Below, piece by piece: positions 8,113 to 17,050 of a stretch of DNA of 64,000 nt; the stretch's first letter is position 1; every line of letters begins with the position of its first letter. Under the pieces are notes generated by a model. The model was not told the DNA's origin, did no database searches, and saw only the letters and a list, made by a program, of their open reading frames with translations. Made by a program: the position numbers and the translations under genes. The stretch lies in IMG/VR virus record IMGVR_UViG_3300021963_000029, positions 1 to 64,000 of that record; one strand, written 5' to 3'. The DNA comes from a virus.

Positions 8113-10608
8113 TTATACAAAGAAGGATGATAGGTTGTTTGTTTTTTCTGTCTTCCAGTTAATACAATCTAGAATTGTCTTCAATGGTTCCAGAAAACTC
8201 TTATCAAATTGGAGTTCATAATCAACATACTTCCCAATATTTAATTCTTTAGGAAACTGTTGAATAAATGAGATCACATTTTCATGCAGAGGATTTGCTT
8301 TCTTTAAATAGCAAAACTTGATTTTCTCTCCATTGTTGATAACTGGATACTTGTTGTCCAGTTTATTTTTTCTGATGTAGTGATTATACAGCAGAACACC
8401 TCTGATGTGAATAGGGGTTCCCTTTTCATAGATAGCATTTACTGATCTATACTTGTTGATATTATTAGCAGTTCTTGGGAATGAGATGTCTTCAGGAGGA
8501 AGATTGCAAAATTCCTTCTTACTCTTTTCAATAAAATCAATCATGTCATCTTCAGTTTTTGTCATGATGATTTTAAATGCTTCTTTAATCATGGTTCTGC
8601 AAGGAGCAGGTGTAGAAGATTTGACTGCTTCAAGTCCCATGATTTTAAGTTTAGGTTCAGAATATCTGACACCCTCAGAGTCCCACACATTAAGAATGTA
8701 TCTTTTCTTGGCAGTCCAGATACCTCTCTCTGCAATGTTCTCCCTCTTCATCTGCATCTTCTGCTCATAAGCATTTACATACTCTGCCAATTCTTTGTAA
8801 GAACTTTCAATATAAGGTTCAAGTTCCATCTTACAGATCTTGTCAAGGAACCCAACAACTTTCTCAGCAGTTTTCTCTCTTCCCTGGTATACAGTTTCAA
8901 CCAAAGGACCCATGTTAAGGTAGATAGAATCAGTATCAGAAGCAATGACATAATCAACACCATCAGTTTTAAGAACTTTGTTAATGTAAGTATTCACTTT
9001 ATTCTCAATCCATCTAATTGAGACTTGACCAGAAAGAGTAACTGCTTCAGCATTTTCAATACGAAAATACCTAAAGAATTCATTACCAACTGCACCATAG
9101 GCAGAGTTGAGAGAAATTTTCTTTGCCATCTGAATGTTGTTACATCTGGCAATCTCTTTCATCAGTTCTACTGTAGGAGTTTTTTCATACTCCTGTTTTG
9201 CCTGAAGCATTTTCTTCTTGTAGATAACACGATCTGTGTACATCTTTTCCATCAACTCTGGCAGGAATCCTCTAATATTCTTTTTGTACTGTGCACCATT
9301 TGGGCATACTGTGTATGGATAATTTTCAGAAATCTTAATCTGTTTCTTCAAAACTTTATCCACAGTAACACCAGGGAATCTATCTTCAACAAGAGTTTCT
9401 GGTGAAATATTGTATTGCATAATCAAGTGAGGATATAGAGAGTTCAAGTCAAAACTCACCACCCACTCATGCTTACCAACAATTGGATCCTTTACATAGG
9501 CACCTTCATACCTCTGATCTTTCTTAGTTTCCTTTTTGAAAGGAATAACAATGTCCTTAGATCTTAGATAGTTGTAAATGATGGCATCCCACATTCTAAC
9601 CTGATAAAACACATCATTGAAATTACCTTTAGCATCATATGCCATGGTAATAGCAAGTTCAATGAGGCGCATTTTATCCTCAAGTCTGTCTACCAGTTCT
9701 ACGTCAACAATGTTATATTCTACAAACTTCTGCCAATCTTTTGTATAGAACTCTTTAAAAGTATCATACTCAGAGTGATCCAGCTTCTTCTGACCCAGTT
9801 CTACATTAGCAATGTGATCCAGTCTATATGACTCTTGGTTTGTATAAGTAAATTTCTTATACAGTTCCAGGTAGTCAAGAATAGTAATGCCAGCAAGTTC
9901 AACCCTAGTTTGAGGTCTACCTGCAATCACAATTTCAGATTGTGTGACAATACCCCAAGGAGAAAGTTTCTTTAAAGTCTTTCCCCCAAAAGTTTTTTCA
10001 ATCCTCCCACACAAGTATGGAATATCATAAAGATCACAGTTCCATCCAGTAATCACATCAGGGTGATTGGAATCCCAGTAAAAAAGAAACCTATCAAGAA
10101 GATCAGTTTCATCTTTACAGTAAATGTATTCCACATTATCTTGAGTGTTATTAAATGGTTTAACACCCCAGGTAATGATCTTTTTAGTATTGTAGTCCTG
10201 AATAGAAATTGTCAGTAGTTCTTCCTGGCAACTTTGCACATCAGGGAATCCATTTTCAGAGGCAACCTCAATGTCAATAGTAATTAATTGAATCTTACTA
10301 ATGTCAAACTTAATAGACTCTTCTGGATAGTTGTCAGAAATGTACTGATTTACATACCTTGTGTTTCCATACAGATTGAAATTATCAATGTTTTGATACT
10401 TATCAATGAACTCTCTGGTTTCTCTAATGGTTCCTGGTTTGATTTCATCTACATAATTCCCCTCAAGAGTTTTAAATTTAGTTTTCTTATTGGTACTAAC
10501 ATATAGCGTAGGGTAAAAAGTTTCCCTATTCTTAAAATGCTCGCCACCATCAAACCCCCTGGAGAGGATTTCATTCCCCACCAGGACAACATTAGTATAG
10601 AATTTCAT
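8113..10608 (-). CDS. gp43: Family B DNA polymerase
   Basis: DIEV exonuclease motif, [26 protein letters not shown]; uninterrupted 831 aa. Confidence 0.98.
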   Translation of the reverse strand: MKFYTNVVLVGNEILSRGFDGGEHFKNRETFYPTLYVSTNKKTKFKTLEGNYVDEIKPGTIRETREFIDKYQNIDNFNLYGNTRYVNQYISDNYPEESIKFDISKIQLITIDIEVASENGFPDVQSCQEELLTISIQDYNTKKIITWGVKPFNNTQDNVEYIYCKDETDLLDRFLFYWDSNHPDVITGWNCDLYDIPYLCGRIEKTFGGKTLKKLSPWGIVTQSEIVIAGRPQTRVELAGITILDYLELYKKFTYTNQESYRLDHIANVELGQKKLDHSEYDTFKEFYTKDWQKFVEYNIVDVELVDRLEDKMRLIELAITMAYDAKGNFNDVFYQVRMWDAIIYNYLRSKDIVIPFKKETKKDQRYEGAYVKDPIVGKHEWVVSFDLNSLYPHLIMQYNISPETLVEDRFPGVTVDKVLKKQIKISENYPYTVCPNGAQYKKNIRGFLPELMEKMYTDRVIYKKKMLQAKQEYEKTPTVELMKEIARCNNIQMAKKISLNSAYGAVGNEFFRYFRIENAEAVTLSGQVSIRWIENKVNTYINKVLKTDGVDYVIASDTDSIYLNMGPLVETVYQGREKTAEKVVGFLDKICKMELEPYIESSYKELAEYVNAYEQKMQMKRENIAERGIWTAKKRYILNVWDSEGVRYSEPKLKIMGLEAVKSSTPAPCRTMIKEAFKIIMTKTEDDMIDFIEKSKKEFCNLPPEDISFPRTANNINKYRSVNAIYEKGTPIHIRGVLLYNHYIRKNKLDNKYPVINNGEKIKFCYLKKANPLHENVISFIQQFPKELNIGKYVDYELQFDKSFLEPLKTILDCINWKTEKTNNLSSFFV

Positions 10609-10853
10609 TTAATAAGTTCTTGATATTTTTCAAGTAAGGTTGGTTTTGGATCTACAAGAGTTAGAATCTTGTCAGAACTCATCATAAAGGTATCTTGACT
10701 TGTATACCCATAAAGATAAGGAACTAATTCTTGATCCTTATCTACAACATAGGGTTTAATTAGTTTACAGTCAGGTTCTCCAAGTTCAGAACCTACTTCT
10801 TCAATCTGCGTTATCAGAATCAGATTGTTTATCAGTGCCAGCAGTTTGACCAT
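10605..10853 (-). CDS. Small conserved hypothetical protein (Sm-like fold candidate)
   Basis: 82-aa ORF, 4-bp overlap with gp43; pattern shared with 10801, 15659 and 21754 ORFs. Confidence 0.75.
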   Translation of the reverse strand: MVKLLALINNLILITQIEEVGSELGEPDCKLIKPYVVDKDQELVPYLYGYTSQDTFMMSSDKILTLVDPKPTLLEKYQELIK

Positions 10854-11124
10854 TTACATGCTCCAAATAAGATTCTTTTACTTCATCCAGGGGTTCTACA
10901 ATAGAAACTACCCAATCACATGGAATTGGAATTTCTTTCTGCTTGGACAGAGGAACATAAGGATAGTAAGTTACACTGCTACCTTCAACACCATCACCTT
11001 CATTTACTCTGGTGACAAATGGGTTAGCAAGGAGATAACCAATTACTTTATCTCCTGACATCATTTCTTTTACATCAGCAATGACATCCTCATAGGATTT
11101 CAGAACCAAAAGTTTAACAGACAT
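10801..11124 (-). CDS. Small conserved hypothetical protein (Sm-like fold candidate)
   Basis: MSVKLLVLKSYEDVIADV...NP...PYVPLS...WVVSIVEP. Confidence 0.75.
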   Translation of the reverse strand: MSVKLLVLKSYEDVIADVKEMMSGDKVIGYLLANPFVTRVNEGDGVEGSSVTYYPYVPLSKQKEIPIPCDWVVSIVEPLDEVKESYLEHVNGQTAGTDKQSDSDNAD

Positions 11125-12556
11125 AATTTTCCAATGTTAATGTTTTATCTTGTAGTTTTAATATGTGATCAGCAAGTTTGTCAATATATCCTTTGTTTCT
11201 AAGTTCTTTAAAAACTAGATTCTCAAAGGCAAACTCACCACCTTTATCTAGGGCAGAATTTCTCATGTCCCTAAGCTTCTTCAGGAGACTTTCCAATGCT
11301 TTTTCATTGTTAGCATAGTTAATAGTCCTGTCAATCTTATTCATCATATCACGAACCTTGGTGTTTAGCAACTCCTCATCTAGGTCTCCAGTAAACTGTT
11401 CTGGTTTAATCAACCATTTGTTTGACTTGAGAGAGAATACACCTTGACTCTTCCTTCTTTTCTTTCCAGGTTCTTCAACATAAGGTTCCACATCATGACC
11501 ATAAACTTTTACCTCATGGGTTAAAGTCCATAGTTGTTTCTTTGCTTGATAATAATCAGAAAGAACATCTGGACAAGATCCATTATTAACAACTAAATGC
11601 AAATCTAGATCAGAATACTTGGTGTAATTATACCCTGCATTTCCACCCAAAAGTAAAATGTCAACAATCTGAGATTTCTTAACATCTACAAAGTCTGCCC
11701 AAGCCTTTGCAACTTTTAATAGATGTGCTCTAACCTCTGGTTTTAATTTTTCTCCATTCCAAAAAGTAGGATTTAATTGATCATGAACTCTAAATGATAT
11801 AGATTCTTCAAGAAAAGTTTTATAACTTTTCATTTTGATACTTTCATCTGTTATTCCTCTTGCCTTTGCAGCAACCGACATTCTTGCTCTCAGTTCTCTT
11901 TGTTTTTGCATTTTTGGAGTCTCTATTCCTTTTTCTCTGGCAAGTCTTTCAGATGCACTTCCTTGTCTCTCAATTTTCCTCTGAATCTCCACTCTATGAA
12001 CATCAGTACCATAATCTTGAAGACTGCCACCTTTACCAACTGGTTTTTGAGAAGAATGATATCCACCTGATCCTCTGTGAGGGACACCCTTTCCACCTTT
12101 GGGTCCATCAGTTTGTGCTAAGTTTCTTGGATCACTACCATGAAATTTACCAAACTTAGCATCTTTTTCTCTTTTTTCTCTTCTTTGTTCTGGAGATAAT
12201 CCCCAAAACTCTTTAGAAGATTGTGAGATTGGAGTTAAGTGGTGATGTTCTTTGCCTCTCCCAACAATAGTATCTCTTTTTTGATCTCCTCTTTTTTTTA
12301 GATTTGGATCTAAATCAGAGTCAACATCTTTAAGTCTAGATGCTCTGTTTATTTGTTGATTAGATCTGGAATCTGCCCTCTTAAGTCCATATCTTTGAAC
12401 CCCATTACTATCCCTACCAATAGTTCCAATTATATAATCACCTGGATTGTCTTTAGCATCAAGACTTTTCTTTACTCTATCCCATCTTGCCTTTTCTTCA
12501 GGACTACCATTCTCAGGGCGATTTACCTCCACAACAAATTCTCTAAAACTTTTCAT
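11114..12556 (-). CDS. Fusion of HNH-like N-terminal region and Pol-beta-superfamily nucleotidyltransferase
   Basis: C-half GGNAGYNYTKYSDLDLH and DVEPY (G[GS]-x-DxD...E); N-half EHHHLTP...PRNL...H; internal MKSYKTFLEE at ATG 11833. Confidence 0.75.
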   Translation of the reverse strand: MKSFREFVVEVNRPENGSPEEKARWDRVKKSLDAKDNPGDYIIGTIGRDSNGVQRYGLKRADSRSNQQINRASRLKDVDSDLDPNLKKRGDQKRDTIVGRGKEHHHLTPISQSSKEFWGLSPEQRREKREKDAKFGKFHGSDPRNLAQTDGPKGGKGVPHRGSGGYHSSQKPVGKGGSLQDYGTDVHRVEIQRKIERQGSASERLAREKGIETPKMQKQRELRARMSVAAKARGITDESIKMKSYKTFLEESISFRVHDQLNPTFWNGEKLKPEVRAHLLKVAKAWADFVDVKKSQIVDILLLGGNAGYNYTKYSDLDLHLVVNNGSCPDVLSDYYQAKKQLWTLTHEVKVYGHDVEPYVEEPGKKRRKSQGVFSLKSNKWLIKPEQFTGDLDEELLNTKVRDMMNKIDRTINYANNEKALESLLKKLRDMRNSALDKGGEFAFENLVFKELRNKGYIDKLADHILKLQDKTLTLENYVC

Positions 12557-12573
12557 CTCGACCTTTTTATAGG

Positions 12574-12581
12574 TATTTATA
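12574..12581 (-). promoter_or_regulatory. T4-type late promoter TATAAATA
   Basis: Exact consensus 18 nt upstream of ATG 12556. Confidence 0.75.
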
Positions 12582-12620
12582 AAAAGGGGGGAAGTGGATG
12601 GTCTTAGTCATCCTTCCCCC
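12581..12620 (-). terminator. Rho-independent terminator downstream of hsp20
   Basis: GGGGGAAGGATG-loop-CATCCACTTCCCCC stem followed by a T-run on the minus strand. Confidence 0.85.
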
Positions 12621-12637
12621 ATGCGCCGACGATATTC
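12581..12637 (-). ncRNA. Candidate ~55-nt late small RNA
   Basis: CTAAATA (12643-12649) directly upstream of GAATATCGTCGGCGC plus the terminator stem; no ORF. Confidence 0.35.
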
Positions 12638-12645
12638 AATATTAT

Positions 12646-13080
12646 TTAGAGATAATCCTTTCTAGCATGATGTTCAGGAACAATCTTTCCTAATCGAATG
12701 GTAAGTAATCCATCTTCAAAGATGACTTCTCTAACTTCTGTGTCATCTGAGAGTGTCCATGCTCTTTTGAAACTTCTTTGAGCCAGACCCTTGTGGATAA
12801 ACGTCCTATCCGTTTCTGTATCTTGTTTTTGCCCTTCGACAAAAAGTTTTCCATACTCTGTGAAGACATTTACTTCCTCCTTTTTAAATCCAGCAAGTGC
12901 AATCTCCAAATGAGATTCAACATTATTTACTTGAACAAGGTTGTATGGAGGGTAATTTGTTGTGGTTTCATGAAGATTAAATAACCTATCAAAGTATTCA
13001 TCCATTCCAATACTATTACGTGTGATCTTATCCATCAATGTAGGAAGATCAGACGCAGTGTATCTCATGAGGTTGGTCAT
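12646..13080 (-). CDS. hsp20: Small heat shock protein Hsp20
   Basis: YPPYNL, LEIALAGF, GLAQRSF, DGLLTI; start reassigned to ATG 13080, 8 nt after AAGGAG. Confidence 0.95.
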   Translation of the reverse strand: MTNLMRYTASDLPTLMDKITRNSIGMDEYFDRLFNLHETTTNYPPYNLVQVNNVESHLEIALAGFKKEEVNVFTEYGKLFVEGQKQDTETDRTFIHKGLAQRSFKRAWTLSDDTEVREVIFEDGLLTIRLGKIVPEHHARKDYL

Positions 13081-13088
13081 TATGGTAG

Positions 13089-13133
13089 CTCCTTTAAAAG
13101 CGAGTTTGTGTTTTGTGGACCCTTTTGGCATCC
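13089..13133 (-). promoter_or_regulatory. Structured hsp20 5' UTR, ROSE-like RNA thermometer candidate
   Basis: Hairpin GGAUGCC-AAAA-GGGUCC, then CUCGCUU-UUA-AAGGAG pairing the SD with a bulged G. Confidence 0.55.
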
Positions 13134-13140
13134 ATTACTA

Positions 13141-13146
13141 ATTATA
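13141..13146 (-). promoter_or_regulatory. -10 element TATAAT for hsp20
   Basis: Consensus -10 just upstream of the structured leader; no clear -35. Confidence 0.45.
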
Positions 13147-13157
13147 AGAGATCTAAT

Positions 13158-13184
13158 AAAAAAAGGGGGTGTTGAACCCCCTAC
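13158..13184 (-). terminator. Rho-independent terminator after regA
   Basis: AGGGGG-TTCAACA-CCCCCT stem followed by a T-run. Confidence 0.85.
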
Positions 13185-13188
13185 AGAA

Positions 13189-13629
13189 TTATTCAGTTAC
13201 CTCTACCTTTTTCTTTTTAGATCCAATATTGTACTTAGTCTCAAGAGTCCATTCATTCTTTTCTTTGTATGAAAGGACTTTGATTTGATTGAGAGGTGCA
13301 ATATCAGAAATTTTAGTCAGGTCTACAATAGTAATCAGACCCCAATCTGCAAGCAGTTGAGCAATTCTATTGCGTCTCTGAACATCATTGACAGTCAAGT
13401 TTGCATGTTTGCCATCAAGAGCAAACAGTTCTTTGAAGTGTACCAGATAGTATCTCCCCTGTTTATGGAGAATGTGGCAGGACTGATAGATTTTCTTTTC
13501 CTTCCTAGATGCCACACCAATTCTAGTCAGTGTCTCACGAACCTTTAAAAAATCATCAGGTTCATTCAGGACAACCTCTACCATTTGTTCTGGCGTCCAC
13601 TTCACTTCAGGTTCTTGAACAACACTCAT
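13189..13629 (-). CDS. regA: Translational repressor RegA
   Basis: DDFLKVRETLTRIGVAS, QSCHILHKQGRYYLVHFKELF. Confidence 0.97.
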   Translation of the reverse strand: MSVVQEPEVKWTPEQMVEVVLNEPDDFLKVRETLTRIGVASRKEKKIYQSCHILHKQGRYYLVHFKELFALDGKHANLTVNDVQRRNRIAQLLADWGLITIVDLTKISDIAPLNQIKVLSYKEKNEWTLETKYNIGSKKKKVEVTE

Positions 13630-14009
13630 TTTGTTCCTCCAGTTTCAAGTTTTTGTTTAATAAAGTTAATTTGGTCTTGTGTCAGAATTTTCAAAGCTTG
13701 CTCTGCTTTCTCATTACTATACTTATAGTAAGATTTAACTACATCAAGGTCTTTGATCTTATCCTTACGAATCCAGGGAGAGTATCTCTTTTTGATTCTT
13801 ACAATATTTATAAAAAAGTCATACTGTAACTTTTTGTCTAATGCATGATGGATGTTCATTTCATTGGCATACATCAAACAATCAATGTGCCCTGAAAGAC
13901 ATTTATTAATAATATAGGGAGGGTATTCTTTTGTAATTGTTGGATCATCATCAATCAGATTCTTCTTGGTCTGATTGATAGAGTTGAGCCAATCCTTTAG
14001 TTCTAACAT
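13626..14009 (-). CDS. gp62: Clamp loader small subunit
   Basis: YPPYIINKCLS, QYDF, YYKYSNEKA; start reassigned to MLELKDW. Confidence 0.92.
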   Translation of the reverse strand: MLELKDWLNSINQTKKNLIDDDPTITKEYPPYIINKCLSGHIDCLMYANEMNIHHALDKKLQYDFFINIVRIKKRYSPWIRKDKIKDLDVVKSYYKYSNEKAEQALKILTQDQINFIKQKLETGGTK

Positions 14010-14688
14010 TAGTATCAAATTCCTGAACATCATTTAAAAAAACAGCTTCTTTGGAAATTCCAAGTTCTTCAGATCTTCTATTGAGGTTTTCAAAATAAGA
14101 ATCCAAAAGATAATCTACTGTTTCTTGTGGTGTTTTATCTAACTCATCAGATATTTCCAAAAGTTTTTTATACTCTTCTTCGCTAAATTCAAGTGAATCA
14201 GGATCTGCAAATTCTGTCTTTTTTCTATAAACAGAATTTTGTTTAGGTGTAACCCATCTAAGATTATCTACATGATTATTTTCTGGGTTGTCATCTATGT
14301 GATCTATAATTGCAGTGTCTTTAATCCACTGCTTTACAGCGTCTGGAAGATCATCCCAATGATCCTTTATCTGATCTGGGGGATTTTCATCAATAGGTTT
14401 CCAGGCATCCATAACTGCCTTATGTACCCTGATGGACAATCTGTGAGATTTTGAATTTTCTTTCCTTTTGCTGTAGTAATAATCAGGAAATAATCCTACA
14501 GGAATATCAACACTAAACTTAAGTGCTTCTATTCTATTACTTCTTTTAGAATAGTCTTTTGCAAATTTAATAAATTTGTTAGAAAGAGAACTATAAACTC
14601 TACCATCTTTGCTGACATAATATCCAGGAAGGACTTCATCAAACTTTTTTATAGGTTTAAACTCTTCCTCTAAATTCTCAAACAACAT
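13951..14688 (-). mobile_element. Free-standing HNH homing endonuclease (NUMOD4-like N-terminus)
   Basis: PGYYVSKDGRVYS; IDHIDDNPENNHVDNLRWVTPKQN; overlaps both dam and gp62. Confidence 0.85.
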
Positions 14689-15505
14689 AATTAATCAAAA
14701 CCAATTCTTTTCTTTGGTGCTGCTCTCTCATATATTCACCTACAGATCTCATTGTGTAGGTATGATCAAACTCAATTGCTTGCCAGTCTTTGAATCTTTC
14801 TCTTACTAACTGGTCTGAGTTATAACTAACCATCATATCCATAGAATGATTATCACAATCAGCAGCAAACTTATCGTGATCAAATCTTTTGTGCATTGAT
14901 CCTTTATTCCCATAGAGATTATCCTTAATGTCATAAGGAGGATCAAGATACATAAAAGCACCTTTGTATCCATCCATGAGATAATCATAGGAATAATTAG
15001 TTATACGCCATTTACCAATTATTTCAGAATACCCAGGCAGTCTTTGGATCCCTCGCAGATTGAAGTTGTTATTGGAGGCTTGTTCTGAAAATGATGAACT
15101 CTCTGTGAGACCAGAGAAAGAACACTTATTAACAACATAGAAAGCCACAGCACGATCAAAATTTGACACGGTTTTGTCATTGATCTTCTCCTTAGAAACT
15201 AAGAAAAGTTGTCTTGCTTTATCTGGAGTATTATTTGCTGTCTTTAAGTCAACAAGTTCACTTTTCAAATCATACCCAAACATCTGGAGTTGTTGCCAGA
15301 AATTTACAAGTGGTTCATAGAGATCATTCACCCAAATATCTAGGAAAGGATATTGCTTTGTGATGTAAATTGCAACACTTCCACCACCAAGAAATGGTTC
15401 TCTAAACTCATCATAGTTTCTGAGATCAGGAAGATACTGTGACAGTTTTTGTACTGCCCTAGATTTACCTCCAGGGTATCTAAGGGGTGTTTTGAGTTCT
15501 TTCAT
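14678..15505 (-). CDS. dam: DNA adenine methyltransferase (Dam-like)
   Basis: LRYPGGKS, EPFLGGGS, YLDPPY. Confidence 0.93.
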   Translation of the reverse strand: MKELKTPLRYPGGKSRAVQKLSQYLPDLRNYDEFREPFLGGGSVAIYITKQYPFLDIWVNDLYEPLVNFWQQLQMFGYDLKSELVDLKTANNTPDKARQLFLVSKEKINDKTVSNFDRAVAFYVVNKCSFSGLTESSSFSEQASNNNFNLRGIQRLPGYSEIIGKWRITNYSYDYLMDGYKGAFMYLDPPYDIKDNLYGNKGSMHKRFDHDKFAADCDNHSMDMMVSYNSDQLVRERFKDWQAIEFDHTYTMRSVGEYMREQHQRKELVLINYVV

Positions 15506-15662
15506 AATCAGGAGGATGATACTTTAAAAATTCTCTAAAGGTCATTTTCATTTCTTTTTTAGTCATTCCACAATGTTCTGCTGCTGCAGGAAGATTCATG
15601 CTTGCCCTGAAAAGACCCCAGTTTGCTTCTTTTACATTTTCTGGTGTTGTCTTACTTGTCAT
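15480..15662 (-). CDS. Conserved hypothetical protein
   Basis: 60-aa ORF coupled to both neighbours. Confidence 0.7.
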   Translation of the reverse strand: MTSKTTPENVKEANWGLFRASMNLPAAAEHCGMTKKEMKMTFREFLKYHPPDYERTQNTP

Positions 15663-15946
15663 AGAATCAAGGATTTCTCAGGAGTAATGACTGCGCTAAA
15701 GGCATTCTGATGTTGCTTAGATACTTCCTCACTAGGATCAAGCATGTAAACTACATGTTGTTTATCAACAACAACTTCATCTTTTCCTTTAGGAGTCAAA
15801 GGAATAAATGCAACAAATGCAACAGTTCCTTGAGGGGTTGGAACAGCAGCAAGTGAATTTTTAATTTTAATTGTAGTATCAGTTTCTTCCAGAAGTTCTG
15901 CTACTACTTCTTGCCCAAAGGCAAATCTAATAAGTTTTACGTTCAT
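15659..15946 (-). CDS. Small hypothetical protein (Sm-like fold candidate)
   Basis: MNVKLIRFAFGQEVVAEL pattern; 4-bp overlaps. Confidence 0.75.
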   Translation of the reverse strand: MNVKLIRFAFGQEVVAELLEETDTTIKIKNSLAAVPTPQGTVAFVAFIPLTPKGKDEVVVDKQHVVYMLDPSEEVSKQHQNAFSAVITPEKSLIL

Positions 15947-16887
15947 TTGAATTTACACTCCACCATGATTTCAGTTAATGCAGCTAGTAAGTTAATTTCT
16001 TGGTCAGCCACGAACGCACTTTGGTATTGGTACTTAGCAATAACAAGCACGGCAGCAGGGATAGACTCTGGTGAAAGACAAGTATAACAGGAGTCATAAA
16101 CCCAGCGAAGTAGATTAGTAGGGTCATTGTCCAAGTTGGCGACCACCCACTTTCTGACCTCAGAAAAGTTTTTATCTTTAAGATATTTGACAAGATCATT
16201 TGTCTTTACATCATTAAAAACAGCAAGAATGGCAGAATCAATAGATCCACCAACAGAGTATCTTTGACACTCATTAAGCACTCTCCTCCAATCAGGAAAG
16301 TGTTTATTAATTATTTGGGCAAGGACTTTAGAATCGTATTGTACACGTTCTTCATCCAAGATGTTCTGTAGACGCTTGAAGAAGGATCCTGCCAACTGGG
16401 TTTTTTCCTTTCCTTTGATTGTGAAGTCAACAACTGCACATCTGGAATGGAGGGGTTCGATAATTTTGTTTTTGTAGTTGCAGGTAAAGATAAATCTGCA
16501 GTTCTTATAGAATGTCTCAATGTTAGCCCTAAGAAGGAGTTGTACATCTGAGGTTGTGTTGTCAGCTTCATCAATAATGATGACCTTGTGTTTTGCATCT
16601 GAAGAAAGTGAGACGGTCGATGCAAAGTTCTTTGCCTGGTTCCGTACCGTGTCCAGAAATCTTCCCTCGTCAGATCCATTGATGACATAAAAATCTGCTC
16701 CTAATTCATGGCATAATGCCTTTGCTACTGTGGTTTTACCACATCCTGCAGGTCCAGCAAGAAGAAGATTGGGAACTTCTCCTTTCTCTACAAAATCTTT
16801 AAATGTTTTCTTAGTCACATCAGGTAGAATACAGTCATCAATCTTTTTAGGACGATACTTTTCTACCCACAAAAATTGTTCACTCAT
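15943..16887 (-). CDS. gp44: Clamp loader large subunit (AAA+)
   Basis: LWVEKYRP, GPAGCGKTT, IIDEAD, SRC; start reassigned to MSEQFLW. Confidence 0.97.
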   Translation of the reverse strand: MSEQFLWVEKYRPKKIDDCILPDVTKKTFKDFVEKGEVPNLLLAGPAGCGKTTVAKALCHELGADFYVINGSDEGRFLDTVRNQAKNFASTVSLSSDAKHKVIIIDEADNTTSDVQLLLRANIETFYKNCRFIFTCNYKNKIIEPLHSRCAVVDFTIKGKEKTQLAGSFFKRLQNILDEERVQYDSKVLAQIINKHFPDWRRVLNECQRYSVGGSIDSAILAVFNDVKTNDLVKYLKDKNFSEVRKWVVANLDNDPTNLLRWVYDSCYTCLSPESIPAAVLVIAKYQYQSAFVADQEINLLAALTEIMVECKFK

Positions 16888-16903
16888 AATAAAATAGTCA
16901 GGT

Positions 16904-17050
16904 TTACAAGGGTTGTGGACCACCCACAATAATTGCAGAAGGAATCTGTGCTTGTGCAATTTTAGTTGCATGGCACTGATTATTTGCTTCTACAATTATT
17001 TCCAGATATCTACTGTCTTTTGGCAATTTGTATCTGACTTTATATTTCAT
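16904..17050 (-). CDS. 48-aa hypothetical protein
   Basis: Hand-translated MKYKVRYKLPKDSRYLEIIVEANNQCHATKIAQAQIPSAIIVGGPQPL; ATGA overlap with the gp45 stop. Confidence 0.7.
   Translation of the reverse strand: MKYKVRYKLPKDSRYLEIIVEANNQCHATKIAQAQIPSAIIVGGPQPL

Noticed and set aside
12646-13131. ORF-track start for hsp20 at 13131 (MPKGST...)
   Set aside because: The extension is the structured 5' UTR; the SD supports ATG 13080. Similar over-extended starts were corrected for gp44, gp62, gp45, the DUF3310-like gene and the oxygenase
13805-13812. TATAAATA inside gp62, upstream of regA
   Set aside because: Lies in coding sequence (FINI) of an AT-rich genome and may be chance
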